Source: Schmidtea polychroa (Eukaryota). From it: 64,000 bases of DNA. Where the stretch lies: contig CM097886.1 in NCBI GenBank assembly GCA_044892525.1, positions 164,474,312 to 164,538,311 of the forward strand. The letters run 5' to 3'. A model generated the notes under the pieces. The model searched no databases. It saw only the letters and a list, made by a program, of their open reading frames with translations, and was not told the DNA's origin. A program made the position numbers and the translations under genes. The number at the start of each line of letters is the position of its first letter. Positions within the stretch are counted from its first letter, which is position 1. Positions 25,816 through 39,513 of the stretch are shown in pieces.

Positions 25816-27692
25816 CAAGGGTGGGCACGCATGAGTTCAATGAGAGACATTTTCCGAAAATTTATTTTTTAAAGAGCCACCATAGTGAACTACATATTTT
25901 TTTTTATTTCATTAATTTGATTAAAAAAGACTTAAACGCTATTAAAAACAATTATTTCAAAATTTAAGTAACAAACATAAAATATAATAAAAATCCATTA
26001 ATAAAAAGTAATAAAATTTCTTGAATTAACGAAGACTTTTGGTCAAATCTTTGAAATTTGGTGTATACTTTGTTAAAGCTGTTCGCAGCAATTCTGTAAG
26101 ATGCTGATTGGTCAACTGTGAACGATATTTCGACTTCACGAACTTCATTGTGGAGTACAAAGATTCACAACAATATGTTGTACCAAAAATTGAAATTAGA
26201 CGGCAAGCAACTTGTTTTAAGTGTGGATATTTTTTTAAATTGACGATGTGTTTTGGCATTTGTTCTAATTAAATTCACAATCTTCAAAACAATCTTCCAC
26301 ACATTTTCGTATTTAAAGTACTTCGCTATGAGATGCTCGCGATGAATTATGCATTGAAGAGATAAGAAATGAGGAATATTTGGATCTCTGTTTAAAAGAC
26401 CAATGAGACCTTGATTTTTCCCCATCATTGCAGTCTGTCGCAACACTTACAAGTTTATCACGCGCCAATTCAAACTTGTCCATCACTACATCAAGCACAG
26501 TTTTGACATCGATACCGCGAGTTGTTTCTTTAAGAGCTACTAGGTCTAAAATTTCTTCCTTTACTTTTACGTCAGAAGATACAAAGCTGACAAAAACGGC
26601 TAATTGTGGAACATCCTGAATGTCAGTAGACTCGTCGAGAGCTAAACTGAATGCTGTACAATTTTTTAAATCACACATCAAATTATTTTCAACATTTTCG
26701 CTAATTTGGCCAATTCGACGCGCAGTTGTACGACGTGACATAGGAATACGTGAGATCAATTTATGTAGTTTTGAGTTATCCGGATCCAAAACTTTAATCA
26801 CTTCTTCCAAGTTTCTCTTAATAAATTCACCTTCTCCATATGTATGTTTAGCACGAGCTATATTCCAAGCTATCAAAAAACTAGCTTCGTTGGCACTGTC
26901 ATCTTCTCGACTAAAAGAAGACATTAGTCCTTGTTGGTTTTGAAGCCCTGATTGCAATGACTTAAGTTTTTCTCTTCGCAATTTTGAATTGAGTGGATAT
27001 TGAATTGATAAGTGTGGATGACTTACTTCATAGTGTTGACGTAAATTGGTTACTTTGTAGTTGGAAATTGTAACTTTACAAATAAGACACAACGATTTAC
27101 CATTATTGTCAATAAAAAAAAACTTTTCTGTCCATTCTTCTTGAAAAGTTCTATTTTCTTGTTTGTATTTTCGTTTTTTGATGTTTTCTGAGGTCATTGT
27201 AATAATAAATTTGAATAACTTATATTACTGAAATTTAAACAAAATAATAAAAAGACATAAATTTAATTTTAATTAATTTAAAATTTTAAAATGCTTCATA
27301 AAAATCTTCTTACCAAATTTTTCAAAAAACACGAATAGAAAACTATACTAAAATATACAAACGACCGCAATATTGTACAAACAAAAATACTAACTAATCA
27401 AAATTCACTAAATTTCACTAAATTTATTTTCATTGCTTCTCTCTCGTTGTTATAACAAAGCGCCGCCTACTACAAAATAATTTTAAAAAGCAGTAAAATG
27501 TGAAAAACAATGTTTCGTTAATTTTTAACATTTATGAAAATACAATTGCAACAAAAAATTTTTTTTTAAAAATTCAGTTGAAAAAATTTCAAAATAAAAA
27601 AATCGAATTCAATTTTCAAATTCAATTATCAAAAATTCAATTATCAATGAGCCGCAGTTTACTCAACGAAGAGCCGCATTTGCCCACCGTTG
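25816..27692 (-). mobile_element. Mirror copy of the Buster/Charlie-type hAT
   Basis: TSD GTATAGTG on both sides; transposase relic at 26026-27197. Confidence 0.93.
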
Positions 27693-29873
27693 GTATAGTG
27701 GTATATATCTTGGATAAATCTTAACTTCCTTTGTAATTTTTTCAGTTTTGGTATATTCCTGAAAACATTCAAAGTCTAGAAGGCTTGAATATTCTTTATT
27801 CATTTAAATAACCCTCATAACATCTACATTTTTATAAATTCTGTAACAGGCTTAGTCATACTTTCACAGTTGGTCAACATTATTTAATTTCATTTCCTTC
27901 ATTTGCATGGGCGGACAATTTCTACATAATTCCACAGATCTCCGCCAACATATTTCTACGCCATTTATCTCTGAAAAAGAATCAGAAACTCTTTGGTAAT
28001 AATTTAAGTAATTTGGCAGCATAAACAGGCATTAACAAATTTATACGAATATCCATTTTTAGGATTTCATTTCAGGTCTAAAATCACGAGGTCACGCACG
28101 AAATTTTTACACAGCTAAACACTTCGTGGCTTTTTATATTCAATTAATTAGATTATACGCAATTATGAGAATTACATTGTTAGGTTTGATGAAACTAACA
28201 ACTACTGAATTATTGCCGTGACCCTTAGCTTTCATATTTCCGTTTCCGGATCTCGTGAAATCTGATGAATCGTATTGGAAACCTGTTTCAACATCCATCA
28301 ACCAATTACAGAATGCAAATAATCAAACTCAGAATTCCTTCAAATGTTCTGCAAATTTGTTTTTTACGGGATTTTCCAACATTGATTTTGATTGGTGCGC
28401 CAATTGAATCAGTAATAAATTTATGAATCTGGATCCCGTTAAATATCTGCCATTACAATATTAAAACAAATGAAATTCCCGGATACTCATCAAATCACCT
28501 TGACCATAAATTCTGAGATTCCGAATGCCATGGATAATTTATTTATTTTATCCAATGAAATTTTATCCAATAATATGAGAGACGGATTAGTATCGGCATC
28601 AGTATTGTACATGTACATGCCAACAACATTAATATTATTGACAACAAATATTATTGTCCCATTTCTAGAATATGCCCATGATAATCCATTTATCCCAACA
28701 CAATCTCACCTCAATTTGATCTCCATCAAACAAAATTCTTTAGAATAAAGTTGCTTCCAAACTAAGGATATTTTTATTGTTTTATTATAATTATTATTCT
28801 CATATCTGTGATATGATTGGTTGGAATCTTTATAGACGGGCAGTTCTGAAAGTATTCGTTGATTAATTAATTTAATAATTAATTTGAATTTAGAAATTCC
28901 TCACCGATTGGATCGCAACGGTTGGCATTAATTCCCGACAAGGAACAATCATATATTTGCACATTTATTGATCTGGATGACTTCATTGTCCGATTGTTGA
29001 CTTGTTCTGTCACAGTCTGGCTGGTACAGGATGGGAAAATTTGATTGTTTTGATTTTTCAATGCGATTGGTTGGTTATTGAAATAGAAATATTCAACACA
29101 ACCAATCAATTGTGATTTTAATGGATTAAATGTTTCATTATTGTAACCGACGTACGGACCAATATTTCCCATCCAGATGAATGTCGTGTTCGTTGCTTTG
29201 TAATAATCTTTCGGTACCGGGAGATTCTTGAAATGATCTTTAATATGAAAATTTGTTTAAATTAATTATAATATGGAAACGTGCTAGCGGTCCAGTCAGT
29301 TCACATGTACCTGTTTGAAATACATATTATATTTTTATATTTGGTGTTGCTAATCCTGTTCAAAGATAAATATCAATTTTGGTTCCATCAACGTCAATGT
29401 AATGTGTTGTTGTATCTTTTTAATTTTTCTTTTTATTTGTAATTAGGATCCGTTATAAGTTGTCATTTTTTACGATTTACGCGATTTAAAATTTCTATAT
29501 AAAAAACTATATAGCGATAATTTACCATAGTGAATTATCACTAAAGAAGAATTGAAAAATAAATAAATAGATAAAAAATTCAATAAGGAAAGATAACAAA
29601 AAACTTATGGAAGAAAATATCTTCTATTACAATTAAAAGCAAAAGAAATTAAATTTCAATTTCATCTTTTAATAGTCTAAATCGTTCTTTATCGTACATC
29701 CATTATAATTAAAAACCAAAAGGAATTCGATATTTAATTCTTTCCCTCAATAAATTAGACAGTTTCACTTAAAATAAAAGAAAAAATGAATACTTTTCCA
29801 ACCATATTGCCCAATAAACTGCATTATCCATTATCAAATATTTATCATTATCCAAATCAAAAGGAGTTTCCAT

Positions 29874-32800
29874 CAGTAGCGGATTTAGCTATAGGCGTGG
29901 GGGGGTGAGTCGCCTGTTGAATCCTAAAGATAATTTTTATGAATGTGTACAAGCATTAAGATTAATCCGATCACTGACACTGACAATTTAATATATCTTT
30001 GATTTGGAAGAGCTAAATGGATTGAAATGTATTCTACTATCACTGCAGCATACAGCTGCTCAGAGTCACCGTTTATAGATTATTATTATTATTGATTGTA
30101 CCTATTACTCTGCTATGTTGTTAAACATAGTTGATGCAGCACAGCAACAGGCATATTCTTCAGTTGTGCAGATTACTGCTTACTCAGCAGTGCTGAGACT
30201 GCCACTAACCAGACGGCCTGGCCTTTCTCTTATTACAGTTTTGTCTGTGTACAAAGTTGAACTGGATTTAAGCAACTCCAACTGTTATGCTGCATCATAT
30301 TAATAATATTACATAGCTCCAGTGAAGAGCGGCTGTTTGAAGTTTTTAAGCTTGTATAGTGTTTGTACATAAATCTAACCATAATAATTATTGTCAATTT
30401 TGACTTTTTTGACAAATAAATTATTGCGTTACTATTGAAATAGTAAAATAATATTCAATATTGAATTAAAATAAAATTTAAATTAGAGCCATGGCTGAGT
30501 CAGCTGGTGACACTAATAAAAGCAAAGCAGTTACCAAATTAAGTGGATCATCTAGGCGTAAATTGGCAAAGGAAGCCAGCCTCAAGGCAGATGCTAGCAA
30601 ATATATTAAGTTAACATCATTTATAACTAAACAGTCTAAACTGCCAGTAGTTCAATCAACTGAAGTTTCTGGTAAAAATGAGCATGTATTTGATGATCAA
30701 CACTCATCTAATCATTCGAGTTTCTGTGCTGAGCCTGCTGAGACAGAAACATCATCTGAAGTTCTTGTTGAAGATGAGCAAGTACTATCTCTAGTTGATG
30801 AACAACACCCAGCTATACATTCATGTGCAGAGAATACTGAGACAGTAACATTACCTGCTCAGGGCTTGAAACATAATCAGGGTGATTCAGAATTTGATAC
30901 AGTGGAAGAACAACTTGCTTCAGATATTTTACAAGAATCACTTTTTCCTCAATCCGACTTTCCTACAGATCCAGGACTCTACATTAATACGAGCATAAGC
31001 TCGAAACTGATACGAAAATTGTTTGAAATCGGACCATGTCAACCTGGACTCAATGAACCATTTCAATTTCCGACAGATGAATTGGGGCGCAAGTTTCAAA
31101 TTTCTTGGTACACAAAATGTTTTGGAAAAGGTAGTATGAAGAAGGAAAGAAATTGGCTTGTCTATTCACCAACAAATCAAAAAATGCATTGCCAAGCTTG
31201 CTGGTTATTCGCTGATTGTAAAACTGAAAATTATAGCAAGGAATGGTCCGACCCAAATTTTGGAGTTTATAACTGGAAAAAAGGCATGGAAAAAATCGTT
31301 AAACATGAAACTTCCAATCAACATCAAAGTGTAATATGTCAATATTTTCTGGCTAAATATCGCATTTCAAATGATAAAACTGTGATATCTGGTTTGATTA
31401 GTCAGGAGCGTTATCAGGTGGAAAAAATAGAGAAGTTTTGAAACGAATGGTAAATGCAACGTTGTTTTTAGCAAAACAAGGTTTGCCATTTAGAGGACAC
31501 AGAAAACATTCTGGCTCTGACAAGTGTAGTAATACTGGAAATTTTCGTGAATTGCTATTTTTATTGGCTAAATATGATTCCACTTTGGACAATCATCTTA
31601 TGTTTGAAAAGAAAAATGAACTTTATTTATGTCATGATGTACAAAATGACCTAATTCAATCACTTGGCTCAGAATTATCCGCAAATATTGATAATGAAGT
31701 TAGGTCTGCACAATTCTTTTCTCTAATTGTTGATTCAACAATTGATATATCCAGAGTTGATCAGATGTCAGTTTCTTTAAGATTAGTGTTAAAATCAGGA
31801 CAAGTTGTTGAACGATTTATAGGCTTCTACACTTTAGAAAACAGTAATGCTGCAGCATTTTCTAATATATTATTAACGGAGTTACAAAAGCGAAACATTG
31901 ACACTTTGTAGAGGACAGGCATATGATGGTGCCTCTGTGATGTCTGGGATTAAAAATGGTCTTCAAACTAAGATAAAGACACTTTCACCAAATGCCATCT
32001 TTGTTCACTGTTGTTCTCATGCATTGAATTTGGTGACTATTGAAGCAATGTCTCTTAACAGTGATGTTCAGTTGTTTTTTGGTACAACAGAAAAGTTGTA
32101 TACTTTCCTTACATCAAGTCTACCACGGCTACATATTCTCCGTAGAACATCAGAAGTCTCGATATGAATCGATAGTAGATACTCTAAAACGACTTTCTGA
32201 TACAAGATGGGCAAGCCGAAAGCATGCAGTTGATGCAGTTGTTGGATCATTCTCCGCTATTATATCTACTCTAGAAGATATAAATTTTGGGGAATCAAAA
32301 GAACACAAAGGAAGTGTCAGAGCAGAAGCTATGGGACTATCTATTTTGATAACAAAATATTCTTTTGTTTTTTTGATGCTATTTCTACAAAAGTTGCTAG
32401 ATAATATCTTTGTGCTATCAAACTATTTGCAACGAAAGGGCATTGATATTGCGTTTGCAAAACAATTGATTTATGTTGCCAGAAATAAGTTTGCTGATAT
32501 GAGAAGTGATAAAGCTTTTGAAAGTCTAAATGTTGCTGTAAAATCATTTATTATCAAAAATTGTTCCTTACTAGATGTTGAAACAGAATTTAAAGAAAAG
32601 CGAGTTGCAAAAAGGAAACACATGGCAGGTGAACTTAACAGAGATGAAAGGGTTGATGATCCAACTACACGCTTCAAATGTGAAACGTATTTCACTGTCT
32701 TGGATACACTTGTAACACAACTAGATGAACGTTTTAATGATTTTCATAACACTGTTGCTTTATTCTCCTGTCTTGATCCATCACAAATATCAGAAGAAAA

Positions 32801-33402
32801 TAAAGAATCTTTTCAAAATTTATGCGACATTTACAAAAACGATATTAATATTGAAGAAGCAATCCTAGAATATGATACTTTCAAATACGTGTATGCATCA
32901 ATACGCCAATTACTATCTTGTGAACTACAACTTAAAGAGGTGCTGCCTTTCTTGGTTGAAAAACAGATGGCGCCAGGACTTCCCAATTTGGCAATTCTTT
33001 ATAAAATATACTTGACTCTTCCTGTTACATCTGCTACTGCTGAAAGAAGTTTCAGTAGACTGAAAATCATCAAAATTTATTTGCGATCAACAATGACAAA
33101 CGAACGTCCGTCTGGATTAGCATTAATTTCAATAGAACGCGAACTGGCTGAGAACATTGACTTTGAATCAAATATAAATCGTATTGCTTCAATGAAATCA
33201 CACAGGAAGCAATTTAAATAATAAATAAACTTGTTTGTTACATCAATAAATTTACTAGAATAAATTTACTGAATATAATGCTTTTTAATAATATTAGTAT
33301 TTACTCAATACTCGCGAAAATAAGTAGTACCATCTTCATAATTTATGGCGCCTCCTGAAAATTTTCCTCGCCCCCACGCACCAAAATCTAAATCCGCCAC
33401 TG
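29874..33402 (+). mobile_element. Mirror copy of the ZMYM1-class hAT; transposase relic 30491-33221
   Basis: TIRs CAGTAGCGGATTTAG ... CTAAATCCGCCACTG. Confidence 0.9.
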
Positions 33403-33538
33403 GTTTGATTCGATTTTGATTCCATTTGATTCGATTTTCTGATAATCCAGATTTTTCACTACGAATAACTATTACAAGTCGAGTTAAAAGGAGCTCCCAT
33501 TTCGACTTTAATCTCCTAAAACTCAAGTTTGATATTAT

Positions 33539-33760
33539 TGTTGTATAAATAAATTTTGTAAAGTTTAATTAATTTCTTATATTAAGTTCGTTGTAATATA
33601 TTATATACTTATTTATTACTACAACACTACATACAACATACAACCATCCCACCAGTCAACGAACAAGTTTTAAAGGAGACACTGCTGGGCTCTAACGATC
33701 TCTATTATAATATGCACTCACAATCACACTACATATATACATGGATATACATATTTAACA
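33539..33760. mobile_element. Mirror copy of the probable solo LTR
   Basis: Reverse complement of 4404-4625. Confidence 0.45.
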
Positions 33761-33900
33761 ATTGTACCAATAAACAAAGTAGAACAAACCTGCATAATAC
33801 AACATTTTAAGTGATTGAGAACCTTTACTTAGATAATCAAAAAATTATAATTGTTATAATTTCTTTGAAATATTATCGCTTTAAATACATATTTATATGT

Positions 33901-34102
33901 ATTTATTTAAAAGAGAGCTTGAAGAATATAAATCAGCAGTATATCGATGTTTTTGATACTCATGACTTTTTGGCACTGCCGTTTCAAGTGAATTTTAAAA
34001 TTTTAAAATTCACTTGAAAAAGGCAGTACCGAAAAGTCATGAGTATCAAAAAACATCGATATATTACTGATTTATATTCTTCAAGCTCTCTTTTAAATAA
34101 AT
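33901..34102. repeat. Mirror copy of the 200-bp hairpin
   Basis: Reverse complement of 4062-4263. Confidence 0.9.
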
Positions 34103-36494
34103 TCAATGGAAGAAATAATCAGTGGTGAAATTGGAAAAAAAGTTCTTATAATATTTATGTCTATATGTAATAAGTATTTTGTATTTTTAACTTTTCATAT
34201 CTTTCTCTTGCTTCCATTAGCTGTTTCATCAGCAAACCACAAATCCAACCGGAGAGAGGGGTCAGATTTATTTATATTAATTATTTATATTTATTTATAA
34301 AAAACAACTACCTTCATTATCTGAGGCTAATAAAGTCGAATTCGTTGCATTTCTGCAATTGAGTTTAATTCTCCTTGAATAGAAACTGATCAAAATAGTC
34401 AAATGATTGATCGGTTCAATAGCACAGTTGACTGGAACCGGAAGGATCAAATAATATATCCAGTATATTATTACTTACTCATTGTCCTGCTAGTAGGGGC
34501 CATTTCATTTAGAGTAACTGTTCCTATCCGATTATCTGAATGTAATTTTATGATGAAACTTGTATTTGCATTGGTGGCGTATAAAACTATTCCTTCGAAA
34601 ATTTTGGTGAGTAAAGAAATATTCCATTCAGAATCTTTAATGGTTCCATTCAATTCGTAATAAATGTAATCAGCGCTGTTGGTGAGTGGCGAGAGCAGTA
34701 TTATTGCTGTTAGGACGCTCCAATATTTATTTGGAAAGGAATATCGGTAACATTTACCCATTATAATGCGCAAATTGTGATATGGAATCATTATTTTGTT
34801 GATGATTATTTGAATGTATGAAATGCGAATTGTTTACGAATACATTAGTAAATAATGCTGAGGTCACGTGAGAATCTTGCAGACATGACATATATTTATA
34901 CAACGTAAGTTTTGCAACTAAATAGAACATTTATACAAACATTCATTTAAGCATATGATATGGGGGAAAGAAATAAACAGTCCAAAACCTTTTATCTTAT
35001 CTTGTTGTGAATGCATTGAACATTTATTTAACCTTATTCTTTGGTAAGTGAAATATCTAGTTGAAAACTAGTTGACAAAGTTCCAAAAGCAAATAATTTT
35101 GGTCAGATTATTCGAAATAAAAGTATTCGGCTGTGATTTCTTTTGTTTCCCATTTTACCTACAACTGCAATCACCCAAAAAGACACGAACTCATATTTTA
35201 TTGTACAAATGGCTTTACCATTTCATTGATATCATTTATTTGTGTAATTTTATTAATAATTAAAATATTTCTCTAACATTTCCAGAATCTCAACATCAAC
35301 TCTTTTTTATTGCCTTATCTCATGCTAAATTGACACGAATTTGATCGGGAAATATGTTTCTCATAATACTTTTTTTGATCCACTCTAAATGATCCATCTT
35401 TATCAGTCATTGTGACATGTCCAAATTGCTCCCTTCTGTTTTTCAATTTCATAACATTAAAGAATCGAGATCATTTGCTCATCCTTTAATGATCTTTTTA
35501 CGTTGCCTCAACTTCTGCAAGTCCTGATCTGAAAGGATTCTACAGAAAGAAAAATTTAGATTTTAACTGTAACATTTAATTGAACCTGATCAAAGACCTT
35601 CAATGTATGTCAATGAATCTTCTTAAAAGCGATTATGAATAAATTGAAAGATCATTGCGAAAGATCTTGTTTTGAAAATGCTATGAATGAACTTGCATTG
35701 TTTTCCTTTCAATTTTACAATAATAAATAACATGAATTGATAAATGAAAAAAGACGGGGAAACTATTCATATCAGAATTTGGTGACATGAACACAACTTG
35801 ATATTCACAAACAGTAGAAGGATGTGAGCCCGTCAGATACGAAAGGGGGTATTACGATTACTTAATATGGCCGATCATGTAATACACACCCAGTTGTTAC
35901 TGACCATTTGCGTGGCTATTACGTAATATAAATTTAGTTGCTAACTGACCTCACCCTTGACCTTTACATAATACACACATTGTTACTAACTGACCACTCA
36001 CGTGTCCATTACATAATACACACATTGTTACTAATTTACCACTCGCGTGCTAATTACGTCATATACAAACCTGTTACTAACTGACCACTTATTGATGACT
36101 CAATATACTGACCATGGTAACTGTGTCGTCATACTTAGTGGTCACAGGTGGTCTATGTGAGAGTCAAGTACTATTGACTACTCTATGTGAGGATGCAAGA
36201 TGGAAAAGTCGCCCATACTTGGAATTGAACCTCATACCTAACTTCAAAACCAAAAATCAAAAAGTAAATTCACCACTTTGCCACCAATCCCATAAATAAT
36301 AATATTAAAATAATATTAATAATAAAATAATAATAATAATTTATATCAATCAAAGCTCGATTACTTATAAAATTACTTTTGAAGCAAACAGATTTATTCT
36401 CTAACCAGAGCTATAATTTTTAAATTAATTTAATTAAATAATAAAAAGACAGTTTTCAAAATACAAAAATTTATTTTATATAAAATCTCGATCA

Positions 36495-36935
36495 TTAAAA
36501 TACAAGAGAAATTCTCGCTTGATCAATCCTTCATATTGGTGTCATAACTTCATTGGAGGATAATTTATATCCTTGAATTATTATATTGATATACCAATTC
36601 TCTGTTTCTTTAAACTCTATTTCATCAAAAGCATCATGAAATCTTGTATGCCGATAATTGATGAATATGTTTTCAGTACAACTCAATTTTTAATTGATCT
36701 GTTGTAAAACTTTATTGATTGAATCAACATCCTCTTTTGATATATTTCCGTGTAAATTTGAATATTGAGTTTTAGTCAATGTAACAGGCTTCGATAACTT
36801 GTACTCAATTTCATTCACCAAGAAATACATCTTATAGTCATGGAACACTTGAACAGGCTTGAAATCTTTCTTTGTTCGAGTAGGTTTCACTGTTTCAATA
36901 CCATTGGATATTTTTTCTCCTTTTGTTAGATACAT
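36495..36935 (-). pseudogene. Putative SSB-like accessory gene (Maverick-1)
   Basis: Mirror of 1229-1669. Confidence 0.65.
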
Positions 36936-37117
36936 TTATAATTGCACACATTCATCATAAAAAACCTTTATTTATACTGAATCAGGCACATGTGCAACCA
37001 ATCAAATTTACATAAATTAAACATATAAACAAAATAAAACATAAACAAAATAAAATTTAAACTAAATAACTAAATTTTAAAAATAAAAAGTTAAAAACAA
37101 TAATTTAAAATAATTTA

Positions 37118-37457
37118 TTATAACAATCTCTCTATGGTGAAAGCTAATTCCAGCTTATTTCTGGCGATCCTCAAATTTCCACAGCACATACATGGTGAAT
37201 CGCATATGGGCTCATCTTTAATCCAATTTTTTCTATTTTTCTTATAGTTTGAAATATACTAAATTAAATTGATTCCAGTAGCCTCCAGAATTCGAATATT
37301 TCTTGTTTCTGGTGCACAGAACACCAAGTCACAAAGTTCTTTTGTGTACAGTTGTATCATCTTATTAACAAGAGCTTGATACATTATTTCTAAAAATAAA
37401 ATTAAAATAAATTTAAAATTAAAAATGTAACTTACCATCAATTGATTGGGATAACAT
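37118..37457 (-). pseudogene. Spliced 'TGI' accessory gene (Maverick-1)
   Basis: Mirror of 707-1046. Confidence 0.65.
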
Positions 37458-37605
37458 TTATAATGAAATAAATAAATAATGTACTTGTATTTATACCAAT
37501 ATTTAAACACACAAGAAACACATAGTCATGTACAACAACCAATCAAATTCATATACTAGTATTACAACATATATTTACATATACAATCATATACAACACA
37601 TATTG

Positions 37606-38121
37606 TTAGGTAATGGTTAGTAAGAAATTTAGGATTTCATACTCTTCAGTCATTGATCTAATTTCGTTAAGAATATTTTCAACCAAATCGTGATAATCCA
37701 ATGTTTTTATACCTAGTATGACTATCTTACCACTGGCAAACACATTAACGCATAAGGGATTATACTTTACATATCGCAAAGCTGGAAAGATTTCCGGTTC
37801 ATATATGGAATTAGTTTTCTTTAATATATCATATAAATCAATTTTTGTTCCAATGTCTGCAGTTACAGTAATGGATTGAATTTGAAAATCCTCTATTGTA
37901 AATGGTATATCTTCAACTTTTATTGGTTGCCTACATTCCATTATTCTACATCTACCAGATTTGAAAAACATAATTGGGTACTTTCCACTTCTATCGATAA
38001 TTTGTTGTGGTTTTCCCATTGGAAACTTTAAATGAGAAACTGAACATTTTCCTTTATAATTTATATTGCTAAGCATTAATGATGTAATTATATTTGAATA
38101 TTTTTTATTCAGGTATAACAA
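37606..38121 (-). CDS. TBP-like protein (Maverick-1)
   Basis: Mirror of 43-558 with one K to R change (SGKC vs SGRC). Confidence 0.85.
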   Translation of the reverse strand: MLYLNKKYSNIITSLMLSNINYKGKCSVSHLKFPMGKPQQIIDRSGKYPIMFFKSGRCRIMECRQPIKVEDIPFTIEDFQIQSITVTADIGTKIDLYDILKKTNSIYEPEIFPALRYVKYNPLCVNVFASGKIVILGIKTLDYHDLVENILNEIRSMTEEYEILNFLLTIT

Positions 38122-38168
38122 TTAATTAAAACAAATATAAACAATATTAATAAATTAAATTAATTAAA

Positions 38169-38784
38169 ATGGAATTAAGAAATGATGCAGTATATCAAAT
38201 TATTGGTCCAAGCGGCTGTGGGAAAACATTATTTGTTTGTAAATTTTTACAATCAAATATGTTTAAGTCAAAATTTAATTAAATATACTGGCACAGGGGA
38301 GCTGATGATGAACATGGGATGACGCAAGACCAATTTTGTAAAATAAAAATGACAATAATAAAAGGATTCGATAAAAACTGGTCAAATAGATTACGACAAG
38401 GTGATGTAATTATTATCGATGATTTGTATCAAGAAGCAAAAAAAAGAAAAGGATTTTAATAATTTATTTACAAAGATTGCTAGACATAAAGACGTAACAG
38501 TTATTTTTATAACACAGAATCTATTTCATCAAGGCGGAGCTCATAGAACTCAAAACTTGAATGTTCAATATTTGGTTGTTTTTAAAAATACAAGAGATGC
38601 AACTGTAATTGATTTCCTTGCAAGACAAGCTTATCCTAATAATCGTAATCCGTGCGTTTCAAGATGCAACCAAAATTCCATATGGATATATATTTCTTGA
38701 TTTTACACAACATGTCCAGATGATTTACGGGTTAAAATCGATATCTTTAACAAAGAAGGTAGCATGATTTATAAACAAAGTTGA
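38169..38784 (+). pseudogene. A32/FtsK-like packaging ATPase, frameshifted
   Basis: MELRNDAVYQIIGPSGCGKT, IIIDD and FITQNLFHQGG; collinear with intact 45014-45640. Confidence 0.92.
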
Positions 38785-38802
38785 AATTATTATTTTTCAA
38801 CA

Positions 38803-39318
38803 ATGATGTTACTTAAATCTCGTAGTAAAAAACTTCGAAATGTTATTAAAAAGGCACGTGAAACAATAATTCCACCAAAAACTAGTTTTACACCATCGAA
38901 AAAACTTATAACTGAAAATATCCCTGCAATTAATCTTATTTCACACAATTCAGTTAAATCAGTTCCAAAGAAAACAAAATCTGTTCCACAAGAATCAAGT
39001 CATCGCAGCTTTCCATATTTTAATGTATTATTAAAGGCTCCAAGCATTAAAAGAATGAGTATTTTACAGTCGTTTCCTAGTTACATCATCAATGATTTAC
39101 TTGATATTATTGTTAAAGTTGTAAAAGGTAAAGTAAATATCAGTAAATCAATTAAAAATGTTTTGAACAAGCATAAGAAACCGTTGTTATCACTGGTAAA
39201 TTCCAAATATCGAAAGCAAATGCGTAAAATAGTATATAAACAACAAGGTGGTTTTATTGGGGCATTACTTCCATTAGCATTATCATTATTGGGAGGAGTA
39301 ATAGGACAATCAATATAA
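38803..39318 (+). CDS. Basic Maverick conserved protein (PW/PZ class) with C-terminal QQGG/FIGALLPLALSLLGG amphipathic tail
   Basis: Homologous to 45659-46192 and located between ATPase and integrase. Confidence 0.75.
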   Translation: MMLLKSRSKKLRNVIKKARETIIPPKTSFTPSKKLITENIPAINLISHNSVKSVPKKTKSVPQESSHRSFPYFNVLLKAPSIKRMSILQSFPSYIINDLLDIIVKVVKGKVNISKSIKNVLNKHKKPLLSLVNSKYRKQMRKIVYKQQGGFIGALLPLALSLLGGVIGQSI

Positions 39319-39321
39319 ACA

Positions 39322-39513
39322 ATGGGCACAACTAGTTCATTACCTAATCTCATACTAAACTTTAAGTCTACCTGTTGTAATGGAGAAGATTTGGACAAAT
39401 CCAAAAGACGAAGCAGGTTTTGGTGGGGTAGAAAAGTTAAAAAACAAAATTACAAATTCGAAAAAAGAGACGAAAAATTGGTTATCAGGTCAACTGCCAT
39501 ACAGTCTGAATAA
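39322..39513 (+). CDS. Small MGxxxS...CC protein overlapping the integrase 5' end in another frame
   Basis: MGTTSSLPNLILNFKSTCC; orthologue MGANPSLPDIKFKFKYSCC at 46218. Both start 58 nt before the integrase ATG. Confidence 0.6.
   Translation: MGTTSSLPNLILNFKSTCCNGEDLDKSKRRSRFWWGRKVKKQNYKFEKRDEKLVIRSTAIQSE

Larger units (their letters stand above)
25346..34791 (-). pseudogene. Mirror copy of the laminin-G-like membrane gene
   Basis: Reverse complement of 3373-12820. Confidence 0.55.
20130..38163. repeat. Right arm of giant inverted duplication
   Basis: Reverse complement of 1-18030 with only scattered substitutions and indels. Confidence 0.97.

Noticed and set aside
1-38163. Giant arms interpreted as the TIRs of one huge Maverick
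   Set aside because: The Maverick AGTAG termini face outward from the centre with host-gene DNA between them, so the arms are a duplication containing a Maverick end rather than element TIRs.
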